From the NCBI RefSeq assembly GCF_009914755.1, contig NC_060937.1: DNA of 64,000 bases; one strand, written 5' to 3'. The DNA is from the human T2T-CHM13v2.0 reference genome, Homo sapiens. Positions 23,801 through 38,300 of the stretch are shown in pieces (positions within the stretch are counted from its first letter, which is position 1; each line of letters opens with the position of its first letter). The translations under genes were made by a program, and so were the position numbers. The notes beneath the pieces were generated by a model. It was given only the letters and a program-made list of their open reading frames with translations, was not told where the DNA came from and ran no database searches.

Positions 23801-26203
23801 GTCCACTTCCACAAACTACAAAAAGAGTGTTTCAAACCTGCTCTATGAAAGGCCATGTTCATCTCTATGAGTCGAATGGAAATATCCGAAAGAAATTTCT
23901 GGGAATGCTGCTGTCTAGTTTTTATACGAATTCCCGCTTCCAACGAAATCCTCAAAGCAATCCAAATATCCACTTGCAGAATCCACAAAAAGAGTGTTTC
24001 AAAACTGCTCTATCAATAGAAAGGTTCAACTCTTTTAGTTGAGTACACACATCACAAACAAGTTTCTGAGAATGCTTCTGTCTGGCTTTTATTGGAAGAC
24101 GTTTCCTTTTCACCAAAGGCATCAAAGCGCTCCAAATGTCCACTTCCAGATTCTTCCAAAAGAGTGTTTGAAACGTGCTCAAAGTAAGGGAATGTTCAAC
24201 TCTGTGACTTGAATGCAGATATCACCAAGTAGTTTCTAATAGTGCTTCTGTCTAGATTTTAGATGATGATATTCCCGTTTCCAACGAAATCGTTAGAGCT
24301 ATCCAAATATCCACTTACAGTTTCTACAAAAAGAGTGTTTCCAAACTGCTGCATCAAAAGAAAGGTTCAACTCTGTTAGTTGAGGACACACATCACAAAG
24401 AAGTTTGTGAGAATGCTTCTGTCTAGATTTTGTATGACCATATTCCCTTTTCCAGCGATATCATTAAAGCAATCTAAATATCCATTTGCAGAATCCACAA
24501 AAATAGAGTTTCAAAGCTGCTCTGTAAAAAGAAAGGTTCCACTCTGTTAGCTGAGTACACACATCACAAACTTGTTTCTGAGAATCCTTCTGTCTCGTTT
24601 TTATGGGAAGATATTTACTTTTTCACCGTAGGCATCAAAGCGCTCCAAATGTCCACATCCAGATACTCCAGAAAGAGTGTTTCAAACCTGCTCTATGAAA
24701 GGGAATCTTCAACTCTATGAGTTGAATGCAGACATCAGAAAGAAATTTCTGAGAATGCTGCTGTCTACCTTTTATTTGAATTCCCGCTTCCAACGAAATC
24801 CTCCAAGCTATCCAAATATCCACCTGCATTTTCCACAAAAAGAGCGTTTCAAAACTGCTCTATCAATAGAAATGTTCAACTCCTTTGGCTGGGTACACAC
24901 ATCACAAACAAGTTTCTGAGAATGCTTCTGTCTAGTTTTTATGGGAAGACATTCCCTTTTTCACCAAAGGCATCAAAGCGCTCCAAATGTCCACTTCCAG
25001 ACACTACAAAAAGAGTGTTTCCAACGTGCTCTAAGAAAGCGAATGTTCAACTCTGTGACTTGAATGCAGATATCACAAAGTAGTTTCTGAGAGGGCTTCT
25101 GTCTAGATTTTAGATGATGATATTCCCGTTTCCAACGAAATCATTAGAGCTATCCAAATATCCACTTACAGTTTCTACAAAAAGAGTATTTCCAAACTGC
25201 TGCATCAAAAGAGAGGTTCCACTCTGTTAGCTGAGTACACACATCACAAACTTGTTTCTCAGAATCCTTCTGTCTCGTTTTTCTGGGAAGATATTTACTT
25301 TTTCACCGTAGGCATCAAAGCGCTCCAAATGTCCACATCCAGATACTCCAGAAAGAGTGTTTCAAACCTGCTCTATGAAAGAGAATCTTCAACTCTATGA
25401 GTTGAATGCAGACATCAGAAAGAAATTTCTGAGAATGCTGCTGTCTACCTTTTATTTGAATTCCCGCTTCCAACGAAATCCTCCAAGCTATCCAAATATC
25501 CACTTGCAGATTCCACAAAAAGAGTGTTTCAAAACTGCTCTCTATCAATGGCAAAGTTCAACTCTGTTAGTTGAGGACACATATCACCAACAAGTTTCTG
25601 AGAATGCTTCTGTCTATTTTTTATGGGAAGATATTTCCTTTTTCACCGTAGGCGTCAAGGCGATCGAAATGTCCACTTCCACAAACTACAAAAAGAGTGT
25701 TTCAAACCTGCTCTATGAAAGGCCATGTTCATCTCTATGAGTCGAATGGAAATATCCGAAAGAAATTTCTGGGAATGCTGCTGTCTAGTTTTTATACGAA
25801 TTCCCGCTTCCAACGAAATCCTCAAAGCAATCCAAATATCCACTTGCAGAATCCACAAAAAGAGTGTTTCAAAACTGCTCTATCAATAGAAAGGTTCAAC
25901 TCTTTTAGTTGAGTACACACATCACAAACAAGTTTCTGAGAATGCTTCTGTCTGGCTTTTATTGGAAGACGTTTCCTTTTCACCAAAGGCATCAAAGCGC
26001 TCCAAATGTCCACTTCCAGATTCTTCCAAAAGAGTGTTTGAAACGTGCTCAAAGTAAGGGAATGTTCAACTCTGTGACTTGAATGCAGATATCACCAAGT
26101 AGTTTCTAATAGTGCTTCTGTCTAGATTTTAGATGATGATATTCCCGTTTCCAACGAAATCGTTAGAGCTATCCAAATATCCACTTACAGTTTCTACAAA
26201 AAG

Positions 26204-29200
26204 AGTGTTTCCAAACTGCTGCATCAAAAGAAAGGTTCAACTCTGTTAGTTGAGGACACACATCACAAAGAAGTTTGTGAGAATGCTTCTGTCTAGATTT
26301 TGTATGACCATATTCCCTTTTCCAGCGATATCATTAAAGCAATCTAAATATCCATTTGCAGAATCCACAAAAATAGAGTTTCAAAGCTGCTCTGTAAAAA
26401 GAAAGGTTCCACTCTGTTAGCTGAGTACACACATCACAAACTTGTTTCTCAGAATCCTTCTGTCTCGTTTTTCTGGGAAGATATTTACTTTTTCACCGTA
26501 GGCATCAAAGCGCTCCAAATGTCCACATCCAGATACTCCAGAAAGAGTGTTTCAAACCTGCTCTATGAAAGGGAATCTTCAACTCTATGAGTTGAATGCA
26601 GACATCAGAAAGAAATTTCTGAGAATGCTGCTGTCTACCTTTTATTTGAACTCCCGCTTCCAACGAAATCCTCCAAGCTATCCAAATATCCACTTGCATT
26701 TTCCACAAAAAGAGTGCTTCAAAACTGCTCTATCAATAAATGTTCAACTCCTTTAGCTGGGTGCACACATCACAAACAAGTTTCTGAGAATGCTTCTGTC
26801 TAGTTTTTATGGGAAGACATTCCCTTTTTCACCAAAGGCATCAAAGCGCTCCAAATGTCCACTTCCAGACACTACAAAAAGAGTGTTTCCAACGTGCTCT
26901 AAGAAAGCGAATGTTCAACTCTGTGACTTGAATGCAGATATCACAAAGTAGTTTCTGAGAGGGCTTCTGTCTAGATTTTAGATGATGATATTCCCGTTTC
27001 CAACGAAATCATTAGAGCTATCCAAATATCCACTTACAGTTTCTACAAAAAGAGTGTTTCCAAACTGCTGCATCAAAAGAGAGGTTCCACTCTGTTAGCT
27101 GAGTACACACATCACAAACTTGTTTCTCAGAATCCTTCTGTGTCGTTTTTATGGGAAGATATTTACTTTTTCACCGTAGGCATCAAAGCGCTCCAAATGT
27201 CCACATCCAGATACTCCAGAAAGAGTGTTTCAAACCTGCTCTATGAAAGGGAATCTTCAACTCTATGAGTTGAATGCAGACATCAGAAAGAAATTTCTGA
27301 GAATGCTGCTGTCTACCTTTTATTTGAATTCCCGCTTCCAACGAAATCCTCCAAGCTATCCAAATATCCACTTGCAGATTCCACAAAAAGAGTGTTTCAA
27401 AACTGCTCTCTATCAATGGCAAAGTTCAACTCTGTTAGTTGAGGACACATATCACCAACAAGTTTCTGAGAATGCTTCTGTCTATTTTTTATGGGAAGAT
27501 ATTTCCTTTTTCACCGTAGGCGTCAAGGCGATCGAAATGTCCACTTCCACAAACTACAAAAAGAGTGTTTCAAACCTGCTCTACGAAAGGCCATGTTCAT
27601 CTCTATGAGTCGAATGGAAATATCCGAAAGAAATTTCTGGGAATGCTGCTGTCTAGTTTTTATACGAATTCCCGCTTCCAACGAAATCCTCAAAGCAATC
27701 CAAATATCCACTTGCAGAATCCACAAAAAGAGTGTTTCAAAACTGCTCTATCAATAGAAAGGTTCAACTCTTTTAGTTGAGTACACACATCACAAACAAG
27801 TTTCTGAGAATGCTTCTGTCTGGCTTTTATTGGAAGACGTTTCCTTTTCACCAAAGGCATCAAAGCGCTCCAAATGTCCACTTCCAGATTCTTCCAAAAG
27901 AGTGTTTGAAACGTGCTCAAAGTAAGGGAATGTTCAACTCTGTGACTTGAATGCAGATATCACCAAGTAGTTTCTAATAGTGCTTCTGTCTAGATTTTAG
28001 ATGATGATATTCCCGTTTCCAACGAAATCGTTAGAGCTATCCAAATATCCACTTACAGTTTCTACAAAAAGAGTGTTTCCAAACTGCTGCATCAAAAGAA
28101 AGGTTCAACTCTGTTAGTTGAGGACACACATCACAAAGAAGTTTGTGAGAATGCTTCTGTCTAGATTTTGTATGACCATATTCCCTTTTCCAGCGATATC
28201 ATTAAAGCAATCTAAATATCCATTTGCAGAATCCACAAAAATAGAGTTTCAAAGCTGCTCTGTAAAAAGAAAGGTTCCACTCTGTTAGCTGAGTACACAC
28301 ATCACAAACTTGTTTCTCAGAATCCTTCTGTCTCGTTTTTATGGGAAGATATTTACTTTTTCACCGTAGGCATCAAAGCGCTCCAAATGTCCACATCCAG
28401 ATACTCCAGAAAGAGTGTTTCAAACCTGCTCTATGAAAGGGAATCTTCAACTCTATGAGTTGAATGCAGACATCAGAAAGAAATTTCTGAGAATGCTGCT
28501 GTCTACCTTTTATTTGAATTCCCGCTTCCAACGAAATCCTCCAAGCTATCCAAATATCCACCTGCATTTTCCACAAAAAGAGCGTTTCAAAACTGCTCTA
28601 TCAATAGAAATGTTCAACTCCTTTGGCTGGGTACACACATCACAAACAAGTTTCTGAGAATGCTTCTGTCTAGTTTTTATGGGAAGACATTCCCTTTTTC
28701 ACCAAAGGCATCAAAGCGCTCCAAATGTCCACTTCCAGACACTACAAAAAGAGTGTTTCCAACGTGCTCTAAGAAAGCGAATGTTCAACTCTGTGACTTG
28801 AATGCAGATATCACAAAGTAGTTTCTGAGAGGGCTTCTGTCTAGATTTTAGATGATGATATTCCCGTTTCCAACGAAATCATTAGAGCTATCCAAATATC
28901 CACTTACAGTTTCTACAAAAAGAGTGTTTCCAAACTGCTGCATCAAAAGAGAGGTTCCACTCTGTTAGCTGAGTACACACATCACAAACTTGTTTCTGAG
29001 AATCCTTCTGTGTCGTTTTTATGGGAAGATATTTACTTTTTCACCGTAGGCATCAAAGCGCTCCAAATGTCCACATCCAGATACTCCAGAAAGAGTGTTT
29101 CAAACCTGCTCTATGAAAGGGAATCTTCAACTCTATGAGTTGAATGCAGACATCAGAAAGAAATTTCTGAGAATGCTGCTGTCTACCTTTTATTTGAATT

Positions 29201-32200
29201 CCCGCTTCCAACGAAATCCTCCAAGCTATCCAAATATCCACCTGCATTTTCCACAAAAAGAGCGTTTCAAAACTGCTCTATCAATAGAAATGTTCAACTC
29301 CTTTGGCTGGGTACACACATCACAAACAAGTTTCTGAGAATGCTTCTGTCTAGTTTTTATGGGAAGACATTCCCTTTTTCACCAAAGGCATCAAAGCGCT
29401 CCAAATGTCCACTTCCAGACACTACAAAAAGAGTGTTTCCAACGTGCTCTAAGAAAGCGAATGTTCAACTCTGTGACTTGAATGCAGATATCACAAAGTA
29501 GTTTCTGAGAGGGCTTCTGTCTAGATTTTAGATGATGATATTCCCGTTTCCAACGAAATCATTAGAGCTATCCAAATATCCACTTACAGTTTCTACAAAA
29601 AGAGTGTTTCCAAACTGCTGCATCAAAAGAGAGGTTCCACTCTGTTAGCTGAGTACACACATCACAAACTTGTTTCTCAGAATCCTTCTGTCTCGTTTTT
29701 CTGGGAAGATATTTACTTTTTCACCGTAGGCATCAAAGCGCTCCAAATGTCCACATCCAGATACTCCAGAAAGAGTGTTTCAAACCTGCTCTATGAAAGG
29801 GAATCTTCAACTCTATGAGTTGAATGCAGACATCAGAAAGAAATTTCTGAGAATGCTGCTGTCTACCTTTTATTTGAATTCCCGCTTCCAACGAAATCCT
29901 CCAAGCTATCCAAATATCCACTTGCAGATTCCACAAAAAGAGTGTTTCAAAACTGCTCTCTATCAATGGCAAAGTTCAACTCTGTTAGTTGAGGACACAT
30001 ATCACCAACAAGTTTCTGAGAATGCTTCTGTCTATTTTTTATGGGAAGATATTTCCTTTTTCACCGTAGGCGTCAAGGCGATCGAAATGTCCACTTCCAC
30101 AAACTACAAAAAGAGTGTTTCAAACCTGCTCTATGAAAGGCCATGTTCATCTCTATGAGTCGAATGGAAATATCCGAAAGAAATTTCTGGGAATGCTGCT
30201 GTCTAGTTTTTATACGAATTCCCGCTTCCAACGAAATCCTCAAAGCAATCCAAATATCCACTTGCAGAATCCACAAAAAGAGTGTTTCAAAACTGCTCTA
30301 TCAATAGAAAGGTTCAACTCTTTTAGTTGAGTACACACATCACAAACAAGTTTCTGAGAATGCTTCTGTCTGGCTTTTATTGGAAGACGTTTCCTTTTCA
30401 CCAAAGGCATCAAAGCGCTCCAAATGTCCACTTCCAGATTCTTCCAAAAGAGTGTTTGAAACGTGCTCAAAGTAAGGGAATGTTCAACTCTGTGACTTGA
30501 ATGCAGATATCACCAAGTAGTTTCTAATAGTGCTTCTGTCTAGATTTTAGATGATGATATTCCCGTTTCCAACGAAATCGTTAGAGCTATCCAAATATCC
30601 ACTTACAGTTGCTACAAAAACAGTGTTTCCAAACTGCTGCATCAAAAGAAAGGTTCAACTCTGTTAGTTGAGGACACACATCACAAAGAAGTTTGTGAGA
30701 ATGCTTCTGTCTAGATTTTGTATGACCATATTCCCTTTTCCAGCGATATCATTAAAGCAATCTAAATATCCATTTGCAGAATCCACAAAAATAGAGTTTC
30801 AAAGCTGCTCTGTAAAAAGAAAGGTTCCACTCTGTTAGCTGAGTACACACATCACAAACTTGTTTCTCAGAATCCTTCTGTCTCGTTTTTCTGGGAAGAT
30901 ATTTACTTTTTCACCGTAGGCATCAAAGCGCTCCAAATGTCCACATCCAGATACTCCAGAAAGAGTGTTTCAAACCTGCTCTATGAAAGGGAATCTTCAA
31001 CTCTATGAGTTGAATGCAGACATCAGAAAGAAATTTCTGAGAATGCTGCTGTCTACCTTTTATTTGAACTCCCGCTTCCAACGAAATCCTCCAAGCTATC
31101 CAAATATCCACTTGCATTTTCCACAAAAAGAGTGCTTCAAAACTGCTCTATCAATAAATGTTCAACTCCTTTAGCTGGGTGCACACATCACAAACAAGTT
31201 TCTGAGAATGCTTCTGTCTAGTTTTTATGGGAAGACATTCCCTTTTTCACCAAAGGCATCAAAGCGCTCCAAATGTCCACTTCCAGACACTACAAAAAGA
31301 GTGTTTCCAACGTGCTCTAAGAAAGCGAATGTTCAACTCTGTGACTTGAATGCAGATATCACAAAGTAGTTTCTGAGAGGGCTTCTGTCTAGATTTTAGA
31401 TGATGATATTCCCGTTTCCAACGAAATCATTAGAGCTATCCAAATATCCACTTACAGTTTCTACAAAAAGAGTGTTTCCAAACTGCTGCATCAAAAGAGA
31501 GGTTCCACTCTGTTAGCTGAGTACACACATCACAAACTTGTTTCTCAGAATCCTTCTGTGTCGTTTTTATGGGAAGATATTTACTTTTTCACCGTAGGCA
31601 TCAAAGCGCTCCAAATGTCCACATCCAGATACTCCAGAAAGAGTGTTTCAAACCTGCTCTATGAAAGGGAATCTTCAACTCTATGAGTTGAATGCAGACA
31701 TCAGAAAGAAATTTCTGAGAATGCTGCTGTCTACCTTTTATTTGAATTCCCGCTTCCAACGAAATCCTCCAAGCTATCCAAATATCCACTTGCAGATTCC
31801 ACAAAAAGAGTGTTTCAAAACTGCTCTCTATCAATGGCAAAGTTCAACTCTGTTAGTTGAGGACACATATCACCAACAAGTTTCTGAGAATGCTTCTGTC
31901 TATTTTTTATGGGAAGATATTTCCTTTTTCACCGTAGGCGTCAAGGCGATCGAAATGTCCACTTCCACAAACTACAAAAAGAGTGTTTCAAACCTGCTCT
32001 ACGAAAGGCCATGTTCATCTCTATGAGTCGAATGGAAATATCCGAAAGAAATTTCTGGGAATGCTGCTGTCTAGTTTTTATACGAATTCCCGCTTCCAAC
32101 GAAATCCTCAAAGCAATCCAAATATCCACTTGCAGAATCCACAAAAAGAGTGTTTCAAAACTGCTCTATCAATAGAAAGGTTCAACTCTTTTAGTTGAGT

Positions 32201-35097
32201 ACACACATCACAAACAAGTTTCTGAGAATGCTTCTGTCTGGCTTTTATTGGAAGACGTTTCCTTTTCACCAAAGGCATCAAAGCGCTCCAAATGTCCACT
32301 TCCAGATTCTTCCAAAAGAGTGTTTGAAACGTGCTCAAAGTAAGGGAATGTTCAACTCTGTGACTTGAATGCAGATATCACCAAGTAGTTTCTAATAGTG
32401 CTTCTGTCTAGATTTTAGATGATGATATTCCCGTTTCCAACGAAATCGTTAGAGCTATCCAAATATCCACTTACAGTTTCTACAAAAAGAGTGTTTCCAA
32501 ACTGCTGCATCAAAAGAAAGGTTCAACTCTGTTAGTTGAGGACACACATCACAAAGAAGTTTGTGAGAATGCTTCTGTCTAGATTTTGTATGACCATATT
32601 CCCTTTTCCAGCGATATCATTAAAGCAATCTAAATATCCATTTGCAGAATCCACAAAAATAGAGTTTCAAAGCTGCTCTGTAAAAAGAAAGGTTCCACTC
32701 TGTTAGCTGAGTACACACATCACAAACTTGTTTCTGAGAATCCTTCTGTCTCGTTTTTATGGGAAGATATTTACTTTTTCACCGTAGGCATCAAAGCGCT
32801 CCAAATGTCCACATCCAGATACTCCAGAAAGAGTGTTTCAAACCTGCTCTATGAAAGGGAATCTTCAACTCTATGAGTTGAATGCAGACATCAGAAAGAA
32901 ATTTCTGAGAATGCTGCTGTCTACCTTTTATTTGAATTCCCGCTTCCAACGAAATCCTCCAAGCTATCCAAATATCCACCTGCATTTTCCACAAAAAGAG
33001 CGTTTCAAAACTGCTCTATCAATAGAAATGTTCAACTCCTTTGGCTGGGTACACACATCACAAACAAGTTTCTGAGAATGCTTCTGTCTAGTTTTTATGG
33101 GAAGACATTCCCTTTTTCACCAAAGGCATCAAAGCGCTCCAAATGTCCACTTCCAGACACTACAAAAAGAGTGTTTCCAACGTGCTCTAAGAAAGCGAAT
33201 GTTCAACTCTGTGACTTGAATGCAGATATCACAAAGTAGTTTCTGAGAGGGCTTCTGTCTAGATTTTAGATGATGATATTCCCGTTTCCAACGAAATCAT
33301 TAGAGCTATCCAAATATCCACTTACAGTTTCTACAAAAAGAGTGTTTCCAAACTGCTGCATCAAAAGAGAGGTTCCACTCTGTTAGCTGAGTACACACAT
33401 CACAAACTTGTTTCTGAGAATCCTTCTGTGTCGTTTTTATGGGAAGATATTTACTTTTTCACCGTAGGCATCAAAGCGCTCCAAATGTCCACATCCAGAT
33501 ACTCCAGAAAGAGTGTTTCAAACCTGCTCTATGAAAGGGAATCTTCAACTCTATGAGTTGAATGCAGACATCAGAAAGAAATTTCTGAGAATGCTGCTGT
33601 CTACCTTTTATTTGAATTCCCGCTTCCAACGAAATCCTCCAAGCTATCCAAATATCCACCTGCATTTTCCACAAAAAGAGCGTTTCAAAACTGCTCTATC
33701 AATAGAAATGTTCAACTCCTTTGGCTGGGTACACACATCACAAACAAGTTTCTGAGAATGCTTCTGTCTAGTTTTTATGGGAAGACATTCCCTTTTTCAC
33801 CAAAGGCATCAAAGCGCTCCAAATGTCCACTTCCAGACACTACAAAAAGAGTGTTTCCAACGTGCTCTAAGAAAGCGAATGTTCAACTCTGTGACTTGAA
33901 TGCAGATATCACAAAGTAGTTTCTGAGAGGGCTTCTGTCTAGATTTTAGATGATGATATTCCCGTTTCCAACGAAATCATTAGAGCTATCCAAATATCCA
34001 CTTACAGTTTCTACAAAAAGAGTGTTTCCAAACTGCTGCATCAAAAGAGAGGTTCCACTCTGTTAGCTGAGTACACACATCACAAACTTGTTTCTCAGAA
34101 TCCTTCTGTCTCGTTTTTCTGGGAAGATATTTACTTTTTCACCGTAGGCATCAAAGCGCTCCAAATGTCCACATCCAGATACTCCAGAAAGAGTGTTTCA
34201 AACCTGCTCTATGAAAGGGAATCTTCAACTCTATGAGTTGAATGCAGACATCAGAAAGAAATTTCTGAGAATGCTGCTGTCTACCTTTTATTTGAATTCC
34301 CGCTTCCAACGAAATCCTCCAAGCTATCCAAATATCCACTTGCAGATTCCACAAAAAGAGTGTTTCAAAACTGCTCTCTATCAATGGCAAAGTTCAACTC
34401 TGTTAGTTGAGGACACATATCACCAACAAGTTTCTGAGAATGCTTCTGTCTATTTTTTATGGGAAGATATTTCCTTTTTCACCGTAGGCGTCAAGGCGAT
34501 CGAAATGTCCACTTCCACAAACTACAAAAAGAGTGTTTCAAACCTGCTCTATGAAAGGCCATGTTCATCTCTATGAGTCGAATGGAAATATCCGAAAGAA
34601 ATTTCTGGGAATGCTGCTGTCTAGTTTTTATACGAATTCCCGCTTCCAACGAAATCCTCAAAGCAATCCAAATATCCACTTGCAGAATCCACAAAAAGAG
34701 TGTTTCAAAACTGCTCTATCAATAGAAAGGTTCAACTCTTTTAGTTGAGTACACACATCACAAACAAGTTTCTGAGAATGCTTCTGTCTGGCTTTTATTG
34801 GAAGACGTTTCCTTTTCACCAAAGGCATCAAAGCGCTCCAAATGTCCACTTCCAGATTCTTCCAAAAGAGTGTTTGAAACGTGCTCAAAGTAAGGGAATG
34901 TTCAACTCTGTGACTTGAATGCAGATATCACCAAGTAGTTTCTAATAGTGCTTCTGTCTAGATTTTAGATGATGATATTCCCGTTTCCAACGAAATCGTT
35001 AGAGCTATCCAAATATCCACTTACAGTTGCTACAAAAACAGTGTTTCCAAACTGCTGCATCAAAAGAAAGGTTCAACTCTGTTAGTTGAGGACACAC
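26204..35097 (-). repeat. Tandem duplication of a 4418 bp (26-monomer) unit A'-B-A-A-B
   Basis: The module pattern repeats at +4418 (26505/30923, 27183/31601, 28373/32791, 29053/33471, 29733/34151). A private T>C occurs at 27584 and 32002. Confidence 0.92.
28373..30922 (-). repeat. 15-mer structural variant (A-A-B, 2550 bp)
   Basis: Two consecutive 680 bp modules at 28373 and 29053, then B at 29733. Confidence 0.93.
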
Positions 35098-35340
35098 GTC
35101 ACAAAGAAGTTTGTGAGAATGCTTCTGTCTAGATTTTGTATGACGATATTCCCTTTTCCAACGATATCGTTAAAGCAATCTAAATATCCATTTGCAGAAT
35201 CCACAAAAATAGAGTTTCAAAGCTGCTCTGTAAAAAGAAAGGTTCCACTCTGTTAGCTGAGTACACACATCACAAACTTGTTTCTCAGAATCCTTCTGTC
35301 TCGTTTTTCTGGGAAGATATTTACTTTTTCACCGTAGGCA
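32791..35340 (-). repeat. 15-mer structural variant (A-A-B, 2550 bp), second copy
   Basis: Two consecutive 680 bp modules at 32791 and 33471, then B at 34151. Confidence 0.93.
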
Positions 35341-38300
35341 TCAAAGCGCTCCAAATGTCCACATCCAGATACTCCAGAAAGAGTGTTTCAAACCTGCTCT
35401 ATGAAAGGGAATCTTCAACTCTATGAGTTGAATGCAGACATCAGAAAGAAATTTCTGAGAATGCTGCTGTCTACCTTTTATTTGAATTCCCGCTTCCAAC
35501 GAAATCCTCCAAGCTATCCAAATATCCACTTGCAGATTCCACAAAAAGAGTGTTTCAAAACTGCTCTCTATCAATGGCAAAGTTCAACTCTGTTAGTTGA
35601 GGACACATATCACCAACAAGTTTCTGAGAATGCTTCTGTCTATTTTTTATGGGAAGATATTTCCTTTTTCACCGTAGGCGTCAAGGCGATCGAAATGTCC
35701 ACTTCCACAAACTACAAAAAGAGTGTTTCAAACCTGCTCTATGAAAGGCCATGTTCATCTCTATGAGTCGAATGGAAATATCCGAAAGAAATTTCTGGGA
35801 ATGCTGCTGTCTAGTTTTTATACGAATTCCCGCTTCCAACGAAATCCTCAAAGCAATCCAAATATCCACTTGCAGAATCCACAAAAAGAGTGTTTCAAAA
35901 CTGCTCTATCAATAGAAAGGTTCAACTCTTTTAGTTGAGTACACACATCACAAACAAGTTTCTGAGAATGCTTCTGTCTGGCTTTTATTGGAAGACGTTT
36001 CCTTTTCACCAAAGGCATCAAAGCGCTCCAAATGTCCACTTCCAGATTCTTCCAAAAGAGTGTTTGAAACGTGCTCAAAGTAAGGGAATGTTCAACTCTG
36101 TGACTTGAATGCAGATATCACCAAGTAGTTTCTAATAGTGCTTCTGTCTAGATTTTAGATGATGATATTCCCGTTTCCAACGAAATCGTTAGAGCTATCC
36201 AAATATCCACTTACAGTTGCTACAAAAACAGTGTTTCCAAACTGCTGCATCAAAAGAAAGGTTCAACTCTGTTAGTTGAGGACACACATCACAAAGAAGT
36301 TTGTGAGAATGCTTCTGTCTAGATTTTGTATGACCATATTCCCTTTTCCAGCGATATCATTAAAGCAATCTAAATATCCATTTGCAGAATCCACAAAAAT
36401 AGAGTTTCAAAGCTGCTCTGTAAAAAGAAAGGTTCCACTCTGTTAGCTGAGTACACACATCACAAACTTGTTTCTCAGAATCCTTCTGTCTCGTTTTTAT
36501 GGGAAGATATTTACTTTTTCACCGTAGGCATCAAAGCGCTCCAAATGTCCACATCCAGATACTCCAGAAAGAGTGTTTCAAACCTGCTCTATGAAAGGGA
36601 ATCTTCAACTCTATGAGTTGAATGCAGACATCAGAAAGAAATTTCTGAGAATGCTGCTGTCTACCTTTTATTTGAATTCCCGCTTCCAACGAAATCCTCC
36701 AAGCTATCCAAATATCCACCTGCATTTTCCACAAAAAGAGCGTTTCAAAACTGCTCTATCAATAGAAATGTTCAACTCCTTTGGCTGGGTACACACATCA
36801 CAAACAAGTTTCTGAGAATGCTTCTGTCTAGTTTTTATGGGAAGACATTCCCTTTTTCACCAAAGGCATCAAAGCGCTCCAAATGTCCACTTCCAGACAC
36901 TACAAAAAGAGTGTTTCCAACGTGCTCTAAGAAAGCGAATGTTCAACTCTGTGACTTGAATGCAGATATCACAAAGTAGTTTCTGAGAGGGCTTCTGTCT
37001 AGATTTTAGATGATGATATTCCCGTTTCCAACGAAATCATTAGAGCTATCCAAATATCCACTTACAGTTTCTACAAAAAGAGTGTTTCCAAACTGCTGCA
37101 TCAAAAGAGAGGTTCCACTCTGTTAGCTGAGTACACACATCACAAACTTGTTTCTCAGAATCCTTCTGTCTCGTTTTTCTGGGAAGATATTTACTTTTTC
37201 ACCGTAGGCATCAAAGCGCTCCAAATGTCCACATCCAGATACTCCAGAAAGAGTGTTTCAAACCTGCTCTATGAAAGGGAATCTTCAACTCTATGAGTTG
37301 AATGCAGACATCAGAAAGAAATTTCTGAGAATGCTGCTGTCTACCTTTTATTTGAATTCCCGCTTCCAACGAAATCCTCCAAGCTATCCAAATATCCACT
37401 TGCAGATTCCACAAAAAGAGTGTTTCAAAACTGCTCTCTATCAATGGCAAAGTTCAACTCTGTTAGTTGAGGACACATATCACCAACAAGTTTCTGAGAA
37501 TGCTTCTGTCTATTTTTTATGGGAAGATATTTCCTTTTTCACCGTAGGCGTCAAGGCGATCGAAATGTCCACTTCCACAAACTACAAAAAGAGTGTTTCA
37601 AACCTGCTCTATGAAAGGCCATGTTCATCTCTATGAGTCGAATGGAAATATCCGAAAGAAATTTCTGGGAATGCTGCTGTCTAGTTTTTATACGAATTCC
37701 CGCTTCCAACGAAATCCTCAAAGCAATCCAAATATCCACTTGCAGAATCCACAAAAAGAGTGTTTCAAAACTGCTCTATCAATAGAAAGGTTCAACTCTT
37801 TTAGTTGAGTACACACATCACAAACAAGTTTCTGAGAATGCTTCTGTCTGGCTTTTATTGGAAGACGTTTCCTTTTCACCAAAGGCATCAAAGCGCTCCA
37901 AATGTCCACTTCCAGATTCTTCCAAAAGAGTGTTTGAAACGTGCTCAAAGTAAGGGAATGTTCAACTCTGTGACTTGAATGCAGATATCACCAAGTAGTT
38001 TCTAATAGTGCTTCTGTCTAGATTTTAGATGATGATATTCCCGTTTCCAACGAAATCGTTAGAGCTATCCAAATATCCACTTACAGTTTCTACAAAAAGA
38101 GTGTTTCCAAACTGCTGCATCAAAAGAAAGGTTCAACTCTGTTAGTTGAGGACACACATCACAAAGAAGTTTGTGAGAATGCTTCTGTCTAGATTTTGTA
38201 TGACCATATTCCCTTTTCCAGCGATATCATTAAAGCAATCTAAATATCCATTTGCAGAATCCACAAAAATAGAGTTTCAAAGCTGCTCTGTAAAAAGAAA

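Noticed and set aside
27491-27757. Unique-looking 88 aa ORF (also at 31909-32175)
   Set aside because: It arises only because the T>C at 27584/32002 converts a TGA to CGA. It marks the duplication and is not a gene.
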